From an uncultured Acidobacteriota bacterium (GTDB taxonomy: Bacteria; Acidobacteriota; Thermoanaerobaculia; Multivoradales; UBA5704), in assembly GCA_963770895.1 (NCBI GenBank), contig CAVYRF010000001.1:928001-992000 (forward strand): a stretch of DNA of 64,000 nucleotides, in the 5' to 3' direction. Below, piece by piece: positions 8,461-32,701 of the stretch. The notes under the pieces are model-generated. The model had not been told where the DNA came from, did no database searches, and was given only the letters and a program-made list of their open reading frames with translations. The first letter of the stretch is position 1. Each line of letters starts with the position of its first letter. The translations under genes were made by a program, and so were the position numbers.

Positions 8461-9996
8461 TCAGGGCGCCTGGCCGCAATTCCTGGCGCGCGTCGCCGGG
8501 CGGGGCGATGCCCGCTGGAGCAGATAGCTGAAGTCGCCAGCGCAGCCGTTGAACCCGCTCCCGAAGGAGTGGCAGACGATGCAGGACGCGGTTTCCTTCC
8601 CCAGGCTCTGGATATAGGTCTCCATGGTGGTGTTTGAGAGCACCTCGGGCGTGGGCTGAGAGTCCTTTGGCTTCTTCGCCGTCGGGTTTGCCGGCCATTG
8701 CGTGCTCACCAGCACGTAGTTCTCCCAGACGGTGCCGTGTACCAGCGCGTGCCACTGATCGTTGATGTCCTTGGGCAACAGGTGGATACCGACCGAAATC
8801 ATTCTCGCCACCTGCACCGGCTGCGTCATCGGCGCGTGACTGTCGCGCGGATTGGCATTTTCGACACATCCCACGCAGTTCGGATCGTTCCACGAATAGT
8901 GCGCTTTGGGATCCGGCGTCGCGCCCTGTATGGGAGCGTTGTCCACCTGCTCGAAGGTGGACCAGACCCACTGGGGTCGCCCGTTCACCTTGTGCGCGAT
9001 GTGGAAACCGACGAGCCCCATCTGCCGCTGGCAGCAGGGCCCCTCGCCCGGCTGATTGCAGGTCGGATACTTACCCTGCTTGTCGGGCCGGCCCGTGGCG
9101 AGATCGACCTTCGAGTCGACGATCGTCGCCAGCTCGGTGAAAAATCGGCTCGCATCGTCCTTGGCGCCGAGTACCTTCCAGGCCGCCTTGATCTCGATGG
9201 CGCCGAGCGAACCGCCGTCGGTGCCGGTGGGGAAATTGAAGGGAGCCGCGAGGGCAGCCTGGGTGTTGCCGTTGTAGAAACCGTTCCCCACGATATATTC
9301 GAAGCTGTCCTGGTCGATGCGGATCTCGTAGCGCGCCAGCTGGCCCGACTGGTCGGTGAGCCAGACGTTCGGCACCGCTTGAACGGATTCGTCAGCCACG
9401 TTGCCGACCTTCGAGGTTGCCCGCAGCGTCGGTTCGCCGCCCGGGAAGCCCTTCTGGCAGGCCGCGGGAGCCGCCGTGCTGTCGTCCTTCCAGCAGCTTT
9501 CGAGGCAGCCCGGCACCTTCGGATCGCAATGGCAAGGATTCTGCCCCTGGTCGGAGAAGATCTGGTGCGGCTCCTTGAAGGTCATCCAGACCACGCGGTC
9601 ATCGGCACGCCGTTCACCGAAATGCTTCGTTTTGTCCGGTTCGCCGTTCTGCGCGCCAGCCGGCCAGTTGAGCGCCACCAGGCTCTGCCACGAGAAGCAG
9701 TCGAAGTTCTGCTGGATCGAGGCGGTGCCAAACGCGTGCACCTCGTGGGGAGGGCTGGAGTCGAGCGTGGCGCCCAGGCACGGCCCGGGCGCGGTGCTCA
9801 CTGCGGCCTCGGTGCTCGCGGCGTCCCCAATCCTGGTGGTAGGCGCGGCGACCTTCGCCGGGAGCGGCGCGGGGGGCAACCTCTGCGGCACAGGCGGCGG
9901 CGAGCCCCAGTGGAAGGCGGCGAGGCCGCCGGAGAGCAGGGACGCCGCGAGACTTGCCGGCGCCCACCAGAACCGACGCGTTGGTTGAGGGCTCAT
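8461..9996 (-). CDS. Exported Cys-rich protein with one C-terminal CxxCH heme-c motif
   Basis: N-terminal hydrophobic segment, 'FSWQSLVALNWP', 'AIEIKAAWK', 'WVWSTFEQVDN' and 'NTTMETY...SCIVCH'. [11 protein letters not shown] upstream. Confidence 0.8.
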   Translation of the reverse strand: MSPQPTRRFWWAPASLAASLLSGGLAAFHWGSPPPVPQRLPPAPLPAKVAAPTTRIGDAASTEAAVSTAPGPCLGATLDSSPPHEVHAFGTASIQQNFDCFSWQSLVALNWPAGAQNGEPDKTKHFGERRADDRVVWMTFKEPHQIFSDQGQNPCHCDPKVPGCLESCWKDDSTAAPAACQKGFPGGEPTLRATSKVGNVADESVQAVPNVWLTDQSGQLARYEIRIDQDSFEYIVGNGFYNGNTQAALAAPFNFPTGTDGGSLGAIEIKAAWKVLGAKDDASRFFTELATIVDSKVDLATGRPDKQGKYPTCNQPGEGPCCQRQMGLVGFHIAHKVNGRPQWVWSTFEQVDNAPIQGATPDPKAHYSWNDPNCVGCVENANPRDSHAPMTQPVQVARMISVGIHLLPKDINDQWHALVHGTVWENYVLVSTQWPANPTAKKPKDSQPTPEVLSNTTMETYIQSLGKETASCIVCHSFGSGFNGCAGDFSYLLQRASPRPATRARNCGQAP

Positions 9997-10079
9997 ATCG
10001 CCTCCTTCAAAGGGCGCTCTCGAAGTGATGATTCATGGCCGCTCCGTGCAACCGGCCATCGTCCGATCGTGCAGGTCGT

Positions 10080-11075
10080 TCAGGATTCGGGGGAGCCGGC
10101 GTCCATCCAAGCCTTGAAGGTCGCGATCATCTCCTGTGTCCACGGCTGCGAAGGTGGCTTGGGCATGCGGTGGGACGAAACCTCGTCGTAGATGCGCTGG
10201 CCGTTGGCCTTGACACTCTGGTAGCTCCCCAGGTCGAGCGGCTTGCCGGACCCGCCGGGATCTCGCACCATGTGGCCCACGTCGACGGCGTTGAACAGAC
10301 CCTGGATGTAGTTCTGCCAGGTCGGCGGACGTGCGTCGGCCGATGGCGGCGGAGGTGGGGGCGGCGGTGCGACGGCCGGTGGGGACGGCGCGGCGGTCTG
10401 CGGATCGCGGGCGGCGCGGGCCGCCTTGATCGCGCTGTCGGGCCCTTGCTTCGCCTTGTCGGGCAGCTTCCCGGCGAGATAGCCGGCATGGCTCACGCCG
10501 AGGAGCCAGAGCAGATTTGGCACGACGTCGAGGTTGGGAAAGCTCGGCGACCCTTCCTTTGCCCGGTCGACAAGCAGGCAGACATAGACACCCGCGATCA
10601 CCAGGGTGAAGATGAGATTTTGGAATTTGGTCACGTCCACCACCTGATCGATCAGCGGCCCCTCCTCCTGGAGCACCACCTGCGCCAGCCGCGGGGGAAT
10701 GGTGAGCCCGCCTCCTGGATTGACGGCCGCGGCCGGCAGGATCCCTTTCGTCTGCACGGCGGCGCCCCGCACATCCTTGCCGCTCTTGATCGCGCCCGAG
10801 GTGACCGCCGATCCGGCGCTGATGCCCATCAGCACGAGCAGCGTCTGGGGAATCTGCAAAGCCGTGGCAAGCGGCGGGCGGGAGTAGAGCAGCAGGCCGA
10901 CCAGAGTGGAGAGCACGAGCAGGGTCCACAGGACGATCTGCAGATGGTTCAGACTGTACCGGCCCCGCTCGTCGATCAGGATGCCGGACCAACCCCTGCC
11001 GGCCGCCCGGCCGGCGAGGCCGGCGAGGATCAGGAGGACGAGAAGCGCAACGAGCCACAGATAGACGAAAGACAT
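10080..11075 (-). CDS. Membrane protein with poly-Pro linker and a C-terminal cytochrome c-like domain lacking CxxC
   Basis: TM motifs 'YSLNHLQIVLWT', 'LMGISAGS', 'KFQNLIFTLV' and 'LLGVSHAGYLAGK', then a PPPPPPPP linker. C-terminus reads 'TWQNYIQGLF...GHM...DLGSYQSVK...RMPKPPSQPWTQEMIATFKAWMDAG'. Strong [12 protein letters not shown]. Confidence 0.75.
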   Translation of the reverse strand: MSFVYLWLVALLVLLILAGLAGRAAGRGWSGILIDERGRYSLNHLQIVLWTLLVLSTLVGLLLYSRPPLATALQIPQTLLVLMGISAGSAVTSGAIKSGKDVRGAAVQTKGILPAAAVNPGGGLTIPPRLAQVVLQEEGPLIDQVVDVTKFQNLIFTLVIAGVYVCLLVDRAKEGSPSFPNLDVVPNLLWLLGVSHAGYLAGKLPDKAKQGPDSAIKAARAARDPQTAAPSPPAVAPPPPPPPPSADARPPTWQNYIQGLFNAVDVGHMVRDPGGSGKPLDLGSYQSVKANGQRIYDEVSSHRMPKPPSQPWTQEMIATFKAWMDAGSPES

Positions 11076-11269
11076 GACACCTCCTTCTGCCGGGAGCGCC
11101 AGCGCGGATGGCGGGGACGCCGCCTGTCATCGATCTCTCTCTCAGACGGACGCGTTCGGCGCTTTCGCACGGCGGGCGGCCGGCCGCGCTGGCCCGCATA
11201 GGCGGCCCCGGAAAGCTGTGCTATCAATCCCTCCCGCATGGTCCTGTTCGACGTGTTGGGGCTCGCCAG

Positions 11270-12727
11270 ATGGCGGCTCGCGGGGCGAGGGGCGGCGTGG
11301 GGCGCCGGGTGACGGGCGGCGACCAGGCCGTGGGTGTGGAGCGGCGGGCGTTCAAGCTGGTGGCGGTGGCCGGTGAGGATGCCGCGGCGCTCGACGCGGC
11401 GGCGCGGGAGGCGGCGGCGCGGCTCCGCGCGTCGCCCGCCGCGGAGCTCGGCAGGCTGGCGGCGGCCCTGCGGCGGGACGGGCCGGCGCCCAGGCACCGG
11501 CGCATGGTGGTGTGCCGGGAGCCAGGCGCGGCGATCGCGGCGTTGACGGGTGCCGTCGGCCCTGGGGCGGCGCGGGTGTGGAGCGGGGTGGCGGGGCGGC
11601 GGGCGCCGGCGGTGTCGTTCCTGTTTTCGGGGGTCGGCGATCAGTATCCGGGGATGGCGCACGGACTCTATCGGCAGGAGCCGGTGTTCCGCGCCGCCGT
11701 GGATCGGTGCGCCGAGATCCTCGTCCCCTGGCTGGGGCGCGACGTGCGGGAGGTGCTGTTTGCGCCGGCGCCGGAGGCGGCCGCACCGCCGGGGGAAGCG
11801 GGCGCAGCCGCGGGGCACGGCGGCCCGCAGCGGCGGATGGATCTCCGCCAGATGCTGGGACGGAGCGGGGCGGCCACATGGGCGCCGGCCAACCCGCTCG
11901 ACCAGACCCTTTTCGTGCACCCGGCGCTGTTCACGGTGGAGTATGCGCTGGCGCAGCTGTGGATGTCCTGGGGCGTGGTGCCGCGGTCGCTCGCCGGCTA
12001 CAGCGTCGGCGAGTACGTGGCGGCGTGCCTGGCAGGAGTGTTCGAGCTCGCCCAGGCCTTGCGGCTGGTGGCGGTGCGGGCGCGCATCCTGGACGAGCTG
12101 CCGGCGGGCGCGATGCTGAGCATCTTCCTTCCGGAGGCGGACTGCGCGGCGCTCCTGGGAGAGGGCTTGTGGCTCGCGGCGGTGAACGGACCGAGCCTTT
12201 GCGTGGTGGCGGGGGAGAGCGCGGCGGTCGAGGCGCTGGCGTCGCGGCTCCAGGAGCGGCGCGTGCCGTGCCGCCGGTTGGCCGCCGGACACGCGTTCCA
12301 TTCGCCGCTGCTGGCGCCGGCGGTGGCGCCGCTGGTGCGCGAGGCGGCGGCGCTCGCGCTGCGGCCGCCGGCGGTGCCATTGCTGTCGAACGTCAGCGGC
12401 GGATGGATCGGCGCGGCGGAGGCGACGGACCCCGAGTATTGGGCGCGCCACATGTGCCGGCCGGTGCGCTTCGCGGCGGCGCTCGCCACGCTCGGTACGG
12501 GGGCGGCGCGGGCGCTGGTCGAGATCGGGCCGGGGAGCACGTTGTGCAGCATGGCTCTCCAGGGCGCCATGCCGGTGGCGCCGGTGGTGGCGGTGCCGTC
12601 GCTGCCGCACGCGCAGGACGCGGAGCCCGACCTCGAGGTGATGGTGTCGGCGCTCGGCAGGCTCTGGCTCGCGGGGGTCGAGCCCGACTGGCGGGCGTTC
12701 GACGGCGAGCACCTGGGCACCCGCTGA
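11270..12727 (+). CDS. Free-standing malonyl-type acyltransferase built like a cis-AT (KS-AT linker + AT)
   Basis: 'FLFSGVGDQYPGM', active site 'GYSVGEY' (11996-12016), 'AVNGP', 'HAFHS' (malonyl signature) and post-AT 'LGRLWLAGVEPDW'. No KS or ACP. Start could be GTG 11309. Confidence 0.88.
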   Translation: MAARGARGGVGRRVTGGDQAVGVERRAFKLVAVAGEDAAALDAAAREAAARLRASPAAELGRLAAALRRDGPAPRHRRMVVCREPGAAIAALTGAVGPGAARVWSGVAGRRAPAVSFLFSGVGDQYPGMAHGLYRQEPVFRAAVDRCAEILVPWLGRDVREVLFAPAPEAAAPPGEAGAAAGHGGPQRRMDLRQMLGRSGAATWAPANPLDQTLFVHPALFTVEYALAQLWMSWGVVPRSLAGYSVGEYVAACLAGVFELAQALRLVAVRARILDELPAGAMLSIFLPEADCAALLGEGLWLAAVNGPSLCVVAGESAAVEALASRLQERRVPCRRLAAGHAFHSPLLAPAVAPLVREAAALALRPPAVPLLSNVSGGWIGAAEATDPEYWARHMCRPVRFAAALATLGTGAARALVEIGPGSTLCSMALQGAMPVAPVVAVPSLPHAQDAEPDLEVMVSALGRLWLAGVEPDWRAFDGEHLGTR

Positions 12728-12907
12728 CCCCGCGGTGTAAAGCCGCCGGCGCGCGCGGTCCGCGGCCGGCCGGCAGGATGCCGGGACGGACCCCGATTGG
12801 GCGGCGGCCGACACTTAAGGAGAGAGGCCGCGCGGGCGAGGACAACGGTGCGGCGCCGGGTTGCGGCCGCGGGCGCCGCCGGTCGCGCAGTGGGGGATTC
12901 GAGAAGG

Positions 12908-14862
12908 ATGGATGGCCATGATGTGTTGCGAGCTTTCGCCGGCTCGGTAGCCGGGGGACCGGCGCGCATTGCTTTGCAGGCTGGGGCGCGCCGCATCTCG
13001 TATCGCGATCTCGACGAATGGACGGACGCGTTGGCCCGCGCTCTGCGGCCGGCCGGGCCGGGCGCGGTGGTCGCGGTCTGCGCCGGCGATCCGCTGGCCT
13101 GGGCGGCGGCGCTTATCGGCGTGCTCAAGGCCGGCTGTGTCTTCGCGCCGCTCGACCTGGCGCAGCCGCCGGCGCGGTTGCTGACGGTGCTGCGGCAGCT
13201 CGCGCCGCGCTGGTTCGTGGGCTCGGTGACGGAGGCGCCCGGCGGCTCCGCTGGCGGTGCAGACGATGCGGCAGAGCCGGCGGCGCTCGCGGTGCTCCAG
13301 GCTGTGGGCTGGAGCGGTGAGGTGGGGTGGTGCCGGCTCGACACGGCGCGCCTCGCGGTGACGGCGCAGCCGCCGGGCGCCGGCTCGGGCGCTGCGGCTG
13401 GGGGCGCTATCGCTCCGGGCGCTGCCGCTCAGGGCGCCGCGGCGCCGCCGCCGGCCGATCCCTGCTACGTGTTCCAAACCTCGGGGTCGACCGGCGTGCC
13501 GAAGCTGATCGCCGGGCGGTACGAGGCGATCGGGCATTTCGTGCGCTGGGAGGTGGAGCTTCTCGGACTGGGCCCCGGCGTGCGGGTGAGCCAGCTCGCG
13601 GCGCCGCACTTCGATGCCTGGCTGCGCGACGTCTTCACCCCGCTCGCCTGCGGCGGCACGGTGTGCGTGCCGCCGGCAGCCGAGGTGCGCCTGGACGCAG
13701 CGGCGCTCGCCGACTGGATCGAGCGCGAGGGCATCGAGGTGCTGCATTGCGTACCGTCGCTCTTCCACCTGGTGGCGGCGGGCGAGCTGGCGCCGGAGCG
13801 CTTCGCGCGGCTGCGCGCCGTGCTGCTCGCCGGCGAGGCGCCGGTCGCCGCGGACCTGGCGCGGTGGTTCGCCGTCTTCGGGCGGCGGGTCCGGCTGGTC
13901 AACCTCTACGGTCCGTCGGAAACCACGATGACTAAGCTGTTCCACGAGATCGTGCCGCACGACCTCGGGCGGCGCGCGATCCCGGCGGGGCGGCCGATGC
14001 CCGGCGCGGCGGTGCTGCTGGTCGACCGCCGCGGCCGCCCCGCGGCACCGGGTGCGGTGGGTGAGATCCTGCTGCGCACGCCGTACGCGGCGCTCGGCTA
14101 TCTCGGGCAGCCGGAGGCGACCGCCGCGGCGTTCGTACCCAATCCGTGGAGCGACGGCGCTGGCGACCGCGTCTACCGCACCGGCGACCTCGGCCGCCTG
14201 CTGCCGGACGGCGCGGTCGACCTGCTCGGGCGGCGGGATCAGCAGGTCAAGGTGCGCGGCCAGCGAGTCGAGATCGGCGAGATCGAAGCGGCGCTCGCCG
14301 CCCACCCCGCGGTCGCGGCGGCGGCGGTGGCGGCGCGGCGGGACGGCGAGGGTCTGCCGGCGCTCTGGGGCTTCGTGGTGACCGGCGAGGAGCTGGCGCC
14401 GCGGGCGCTGCGCGACTGGCTGCTGGCGCGCCTGCCGGCGGCGCTGATACCCGACCGCTTCGTGCGGCTGCCCGCGCTGCCGCGTCTCGGCAGCGGCAAG
14501 GTCGATCGCCGGGCGCTGGCGGCGCTCGACGTGGAACAGCCGGGCGCCGCCACGCCGCCGCTCGCGCCGCGCAATCCCACCGAGGAGCAGCTGCTGGCGA
14601 TCTGGCACGAGGTGACGGCCACCCGCGGCGCCGGCGTGCGCGACGATTTCTTTGCCGCCGGCGGCCACTCGCTCCTCGCCGCGCGCCTGCTGCTGCGGGT
14701 GCGCCACGTCTTCGGCGTCGAGGTGCCGCTGGTCGAGTTCTTCGACCACCCGACCATCGAAGATCTGGCGGCGAACGTCGAGGAGCGCATGCTGGCCCGC
14801 GCCGACCCGGCGGAGCTCGCGGCGCTGCTGGGCGAGCTCGACGGCGCCGGGGCGGCCGCGCC

Positions 14863-14866
<4 letters not shown>
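12908..14866 (+). CDS. NRPS initiation module A-T
   Basis: A-domain cores 'TSGSTGVPK', 'YGPSE', 'YRTGDL' and 'SGKVDR'; PCP 'GGHSLL'; acidic C-terminal docking helix. Pocket read by eye: DARHLALMTK. Confidence 0.93.
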
Positions 14867-28180
<13,314 letters not shown>

Positions 28181-28184
<4 letters not shown>

Positions 28185-31100
28185 CCGGCGGCGCGGCAGG
28201 CGGCGGCGAGGCGATCGCGGTCGTCGGCATGAGCGGGCGCTTCCCGGGTGCCGCGAGCGTCGCCGAGTTGTGGCGCAACCTGCGCGCCGGGGTTTCCGGC
28301 GTCCGTCCCTTGACCGACCAGGAGCTGGCGGCGGCTGGGGTCGGCGCGGCGGAGCGCGACGATCCGCGCTACGTCCGCATGGCCGGGGTGTTGAGCGGCG
28401 CCGATCTGTTCGACGCCGGGCTCTTCGGCCTGACGCCGCGCGAGGCGGAGGTGATGGACCCGCAGCTGCGGGTGTTCCTCGAATGCGCCTGGGAGGCGCT
28501 GGAGGACGCCGGGCACGACCCCGAGCGCTTCCCCGGCTGGATCGGCGTCTATGCCGGTGCGGCGCTCGGCAAGTACCTGTGGCTCAACGTCGGGCGCCAC
28601 CCGGAAGCGCTGGCCGCGGTCGGCACCTTCCAGGCGATGATCACCAACGACAAGGACTTCCTCGCCACCCAGGTCAGCTATCGCCTGAACCTGCGCGGCC
28701 CGAGCCTCGGCGTGCAGAGCGCCTGCTCGACGTCGCTCGTGGCGGTGCACCTCGCCTGCCAGGCGCTGCTCTGCTTCGAGTGCGACATGGCGCTCGCCGG
28801 CGGCGTGTCGATCAGCCTGCCCGAGCAGGGCTATCTCTACCAGGACGACGGCCTGGCATCGCCCGATGGCGTCTGCCGGCCTTTCGATGCGCGGGCGGCG
28901 GGGACCATCCGCAGCAACGGCGCCGGGGTGGTGGCGCTGCGGCGGCTGGGCGACGCGCTGGCCGATGGCGACCGCGTGCTGGCCCTGGTGCGCGGCTCGG
29001 CGATCAACAACGACGGCGCGGCGAAGGTCGGCTTCACCGCCCCTTCGGTCGGCGGCCAGGCGGAGGTGATCGCCGTGGCGCAGGCGGTGGCGGGGGTGAG
29101 CGCGGAGAGCATCGGCTACGTCGAGGCGCACGGCACCGGCACGCCGCTCGGCGATCCGATCGAGGTGGCGGCGCTGACGCAGGCGTTCGGCGCGGCGGCG
29201 GCGCGCCGCGCCAGGTGCGCCCTGGGATCGATCAAGAGCAACCTCGGTCATCTCGACGCGGCGGCCGGGGTGGCCGGGTTCATCAAGACGGTCCTGGCGC
29301 TGCACCATGGAGAGCTGCCGCCGAGCCTCCACTTCGCGACCCCCAACCCGCAGATCGATTTCGCGGCCAGCCCGTTCTACGTCAACGCCGAGCTGCGCCC
29401 CTGGCCGCCGGGGGAGCCGGGGGAGACGCCGCGCCGCGCCGGCGTCAGCGCCTTCGGCATCGGCGGCACCAACGCCCACGTGGTGTTGGAAGAGGCGCCG
29501 CCCGCGGCGGCGGTTCCGGCCCCGGCGGCGGCGGAGGCAGCGCCTGAGATCCTGTTGCTCTCGGCGCAGAGCGAGACGGCGCTGCGCACCGCGGCGGCGC
29601 GGTTGGCGGCGCACGACAGTGAAGACCTGCCGGCGATCGCCTGCACGCTGCAGCTCGGACGCCGCGCCCTCGCCTGGCGCTGGTCGGCGGTGGTGCGAAG
29701 CACCGAAGAGGCGCGGCGGCGGTTGCATCAGCTGGCGCGCGGCGAGGCGGCGGCGGTGGCGGTGGCGCGCGAGCTGCCGGCGGTGGCGCTGGTGTTTCCG
29801 GGACCGGCGGCGGTGTTGGCGGGAGCGGGAGCGGGGGCGGGCGCAGGAGCGGACGCGGACGCTGGGAGAGCGGGGATGGCCGGGCTGGCGGCGGAGCTGT
29901 ACCGCACGCGGGCGGTGTTTCGCGCCGTGGTCGAGGAGGGCTGCGCGCTGCTCGCGCCAGAGCTGGGCGACGCGGTGCGGCGCGAGATCGCCGCCGGTCC
30001 GGCATCCGGCGACGTCCGGGTTACCGGTCCTGCGTCCGCCGTCGCGGCCGAAGCCGCCGCCCCGGCACTGTTCCTGTCGCAGCTGGCGCTGGCGCGGCTG
30101 TGGCTGAGCTGGGGCGTCGAGCCGGCGGCGCTCTACGGCTACGACGGTGGCGAGGAGGTGGCGGCGTGCGTGGCCGAGGTGCTGCCGCTCGCGGCGGCGC
30201 TCGAGCTCGCGGTGCTGCGCGGCCGGCTCGCGGCCGGCGGCGAGCGAGCGGCGATCCTGGCGGCGGTGCGCGGGCTGGTCGCCGTGGCGCGCCCGCAGGC
30301 GCCGCGCATCCGCATGGTGTCGAGCGTCACCGGCGACTGGGCGGGCTGGGAGGACCTGGCGGACCTGGCGTACTGGGTGGAGCTGCTGGCGGCGCCCGCC
30401 GACACCGCCGCCGGCCTGGCGCTGCTGCGCGACGAGCCGGCGCGGGTGCTGGTCGAAATCGGCCCGCGCGGCGGAGCCGTGGCGCAGCTTCTGGCGACGG
30501 CGGGCGAGCTCTGGCGAGCCGGCGTGGCGCTGCGCTGGGAGGCGGTGCACGAGCGGCGGCGTCCGCGCCGCGCGGCGCTGCCGACCTACCCCTTCGAACG
30601 CCAGCGCTACTACCTCGAACCCCAGGTGCCCGCCGGCGGGGCGGCGATGCCGCCGGCTTTGGGCAGTGGGACGGAACAGGTGGGGAGCGGCGGCGGCCGC
30701 CGGCCGCTCGCAGAGTGGTTCCACCTCGCGTCGTGGAAGCGGTCTCTGCCGCCTCCGCCCGGCGAGGAGCCGGCGGCGACGGAGCGCCGGTGTCTCGTGC
30801 TGCTGGACGACCGCGGCGTCGGCGCGGCGCTCGCCGCCGCCCTGCGGCGCGACGGCTGGCAGGTGACGGAGGCGGCGGCGGGCGCGGCCTGGCAGCAGGG
30901 GAGCGATGGGCGCTACGTGCTGCGGCCGGGGGACGAGGAAGACTTCCGGCGCCTGTGGCGCGCGCTCGCCGGCGACGTCGGTATCGGCGGCGGCGGTCTG
31001 CCGCGGCGGGTGGTCCACCTGTGGAACCTCGGCGGCGACAGCCCCGAACCGGGGCTCGACGCGGCGCTCGACCGCTCCTTCTACAGTCTGCTGCACCTGG

Positions 31101-32701
31101 CCGGGCGCTTCGCGGCGCACCCGGGGGCGGCGGTCGAGCTGACGGTGGTCTCCGACCGCCTGCACGCGGTGGACGGCGGCGACCGGCCGCACCCTGAACG
31201 GGCGGCGCTCCTGGGCACCTGCCGCGTGCTGCCGCAGGAGCTGGAGCACGTGAGCTGCCGCAGCCTCGATCTCGACGTGGCGGGTGGCGTCGAGCAGGCG
31301 GCGGCGCTCTGCCTGGCGGAGCTCGCCGCGCCGGCGGCCGAACCGGTCGTGGCGTGGCGCGGGCCGTATCGCTGGCTGCCGAGCTGGGAAGCGGTGCCGC
31401 TCGCCGACGCGGCGCCCGGCGCCGGCCTGCGGCCGGGGGGCGTCTACGTGGTGACCGGCGGCCTGGGCGGCGTCGGCCTGGAAGTGGCGGAGCTGCTCGC
31501 CGCCGGCGGCGCCCGGCTGGTGCTCGTCGGCCGCACGCCGTTGCCGCCGCGCGAGACCTGGGACGCCTGGCTCCCAGCCCATCCCGCCGGCGACGCGACG
31601 AGCGCCCGCATCCGCCGCCTGCAGGCGATCGAGGCGCGGGGCACCGCGCTCCTCCTCGCCGCCGGCGACGTCACCGACCGCGGGCAGATGGCGGCGGTGC
31701 GCGACGCGGCGCGGCAGCGCTTCGGCGCCGTGCACGGTGTTTTCCATGCCGCCGGGATCGCCGGCGGCGGGCTTCTGGCGACACGCACGCGCGAGCAGGC
31801 GGCGGCGGTCCTGGCGCCCAAGGTCGCCGGCACGCGGGTGGTGGCCGAAGTGTTCGGCGCCGTTGCCGGGGAGGCCGGGGAGGCCGGAGCCCTCGACCTC
31901 CTGGTCCTCTTCTCGTCGCTCAACGCGCTCACCGGCGGCATCGGGCAGGCCGACTACGCCGCGGCCAACGCCTTCCAGGACGCGTTTGCGGCGGCAGCCG
32001 CTGCGGCTCCGGCGACCCCGCCGATCACCGGCCGCACGCGCGTCGTCTCCATCAATTGGGACGCCTGGCAGGGCGCCGGCATGGCGTCGGCGGCCGACCT
32101 GCCCGCGGAGCTGCAAGCCTGGCGCGCCGCGCAGCTCGCCGAGGCGATCGAGCCGGCGGAAGGGCGCGCGGCGCTGGCGCGCATCCTGGCGGCGGACCTG
32201 GTACGGGTGGCGGTCGCGACCGACGACCTGGACGAGCGCCTGCGCGCCGCCGCAAGCCTGCGCCTGAGCGCTGCCCTGGCGCTCGCCGCCGCCGCCGCGC
32301 CGCCGCACCGCAACCCGCACCCGCGGCCGGCGGTGGCACCGGCCTACGTGCCGCCGGAGACGCCGGACGAAGAGCTCCTCGCCGGCCTCTGGCAGGAGCT
32401 TCTGGGCATCGCGCCGATCGGCCGCGACGACGGCTTCTTCGAGCTGGGCGGCCACTCGCTGCTCGCCGGCCAGCTCGCCGCCCGCATCCGCCAGCAGGTC
32501 GGCATCGACCTCCCCTTGCAGGCGGTCTTCGCCCATCCCACGCCGGCGCGGCTCGCCGTGGCGATGCGCGATGGCAGCGATGGTGGCGACCGTGGCGACG
32601 GTGGCGAAGACCACCAAGGCGGGGCGGTCGGCGCCGCGCCGGTGCTGGCGCCGCGGCCCCGTATCGGACGCCGCGTGCCGTTCCCCGGGGCGTTCGAATG
32701 A
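28181..32701 (+). CDS. Type I PKS module KS-AT(inactive)-KR-ACP
   Basis: KS triad intact ([21 protein letters not shown]). AT reads GYDGGE instead of GHSxG and lacks the HAFH subdomain. KR has GGLGGVG and [12 protein letters not shown] has GGHSLL. Confidence 0.95.
28211..29502 (+). repeat. KS copy 1, near-identical to KS copy 2 (51285-52636)
   Basis: Both start 'gcgatcgcggtcgtcggcatgagcgggcgcttcccggg' and share long identical stretches (e.g. [28 protein letters not shown]). Confidence 0.9.

Noticed and set aside
31354-32697. N-terminal extension of the 6614-aa track ORF
   Set aside because: It overlaps PKS-1 out of frame. The real start is ATG 32698, coupled to the PKS-1 stop.
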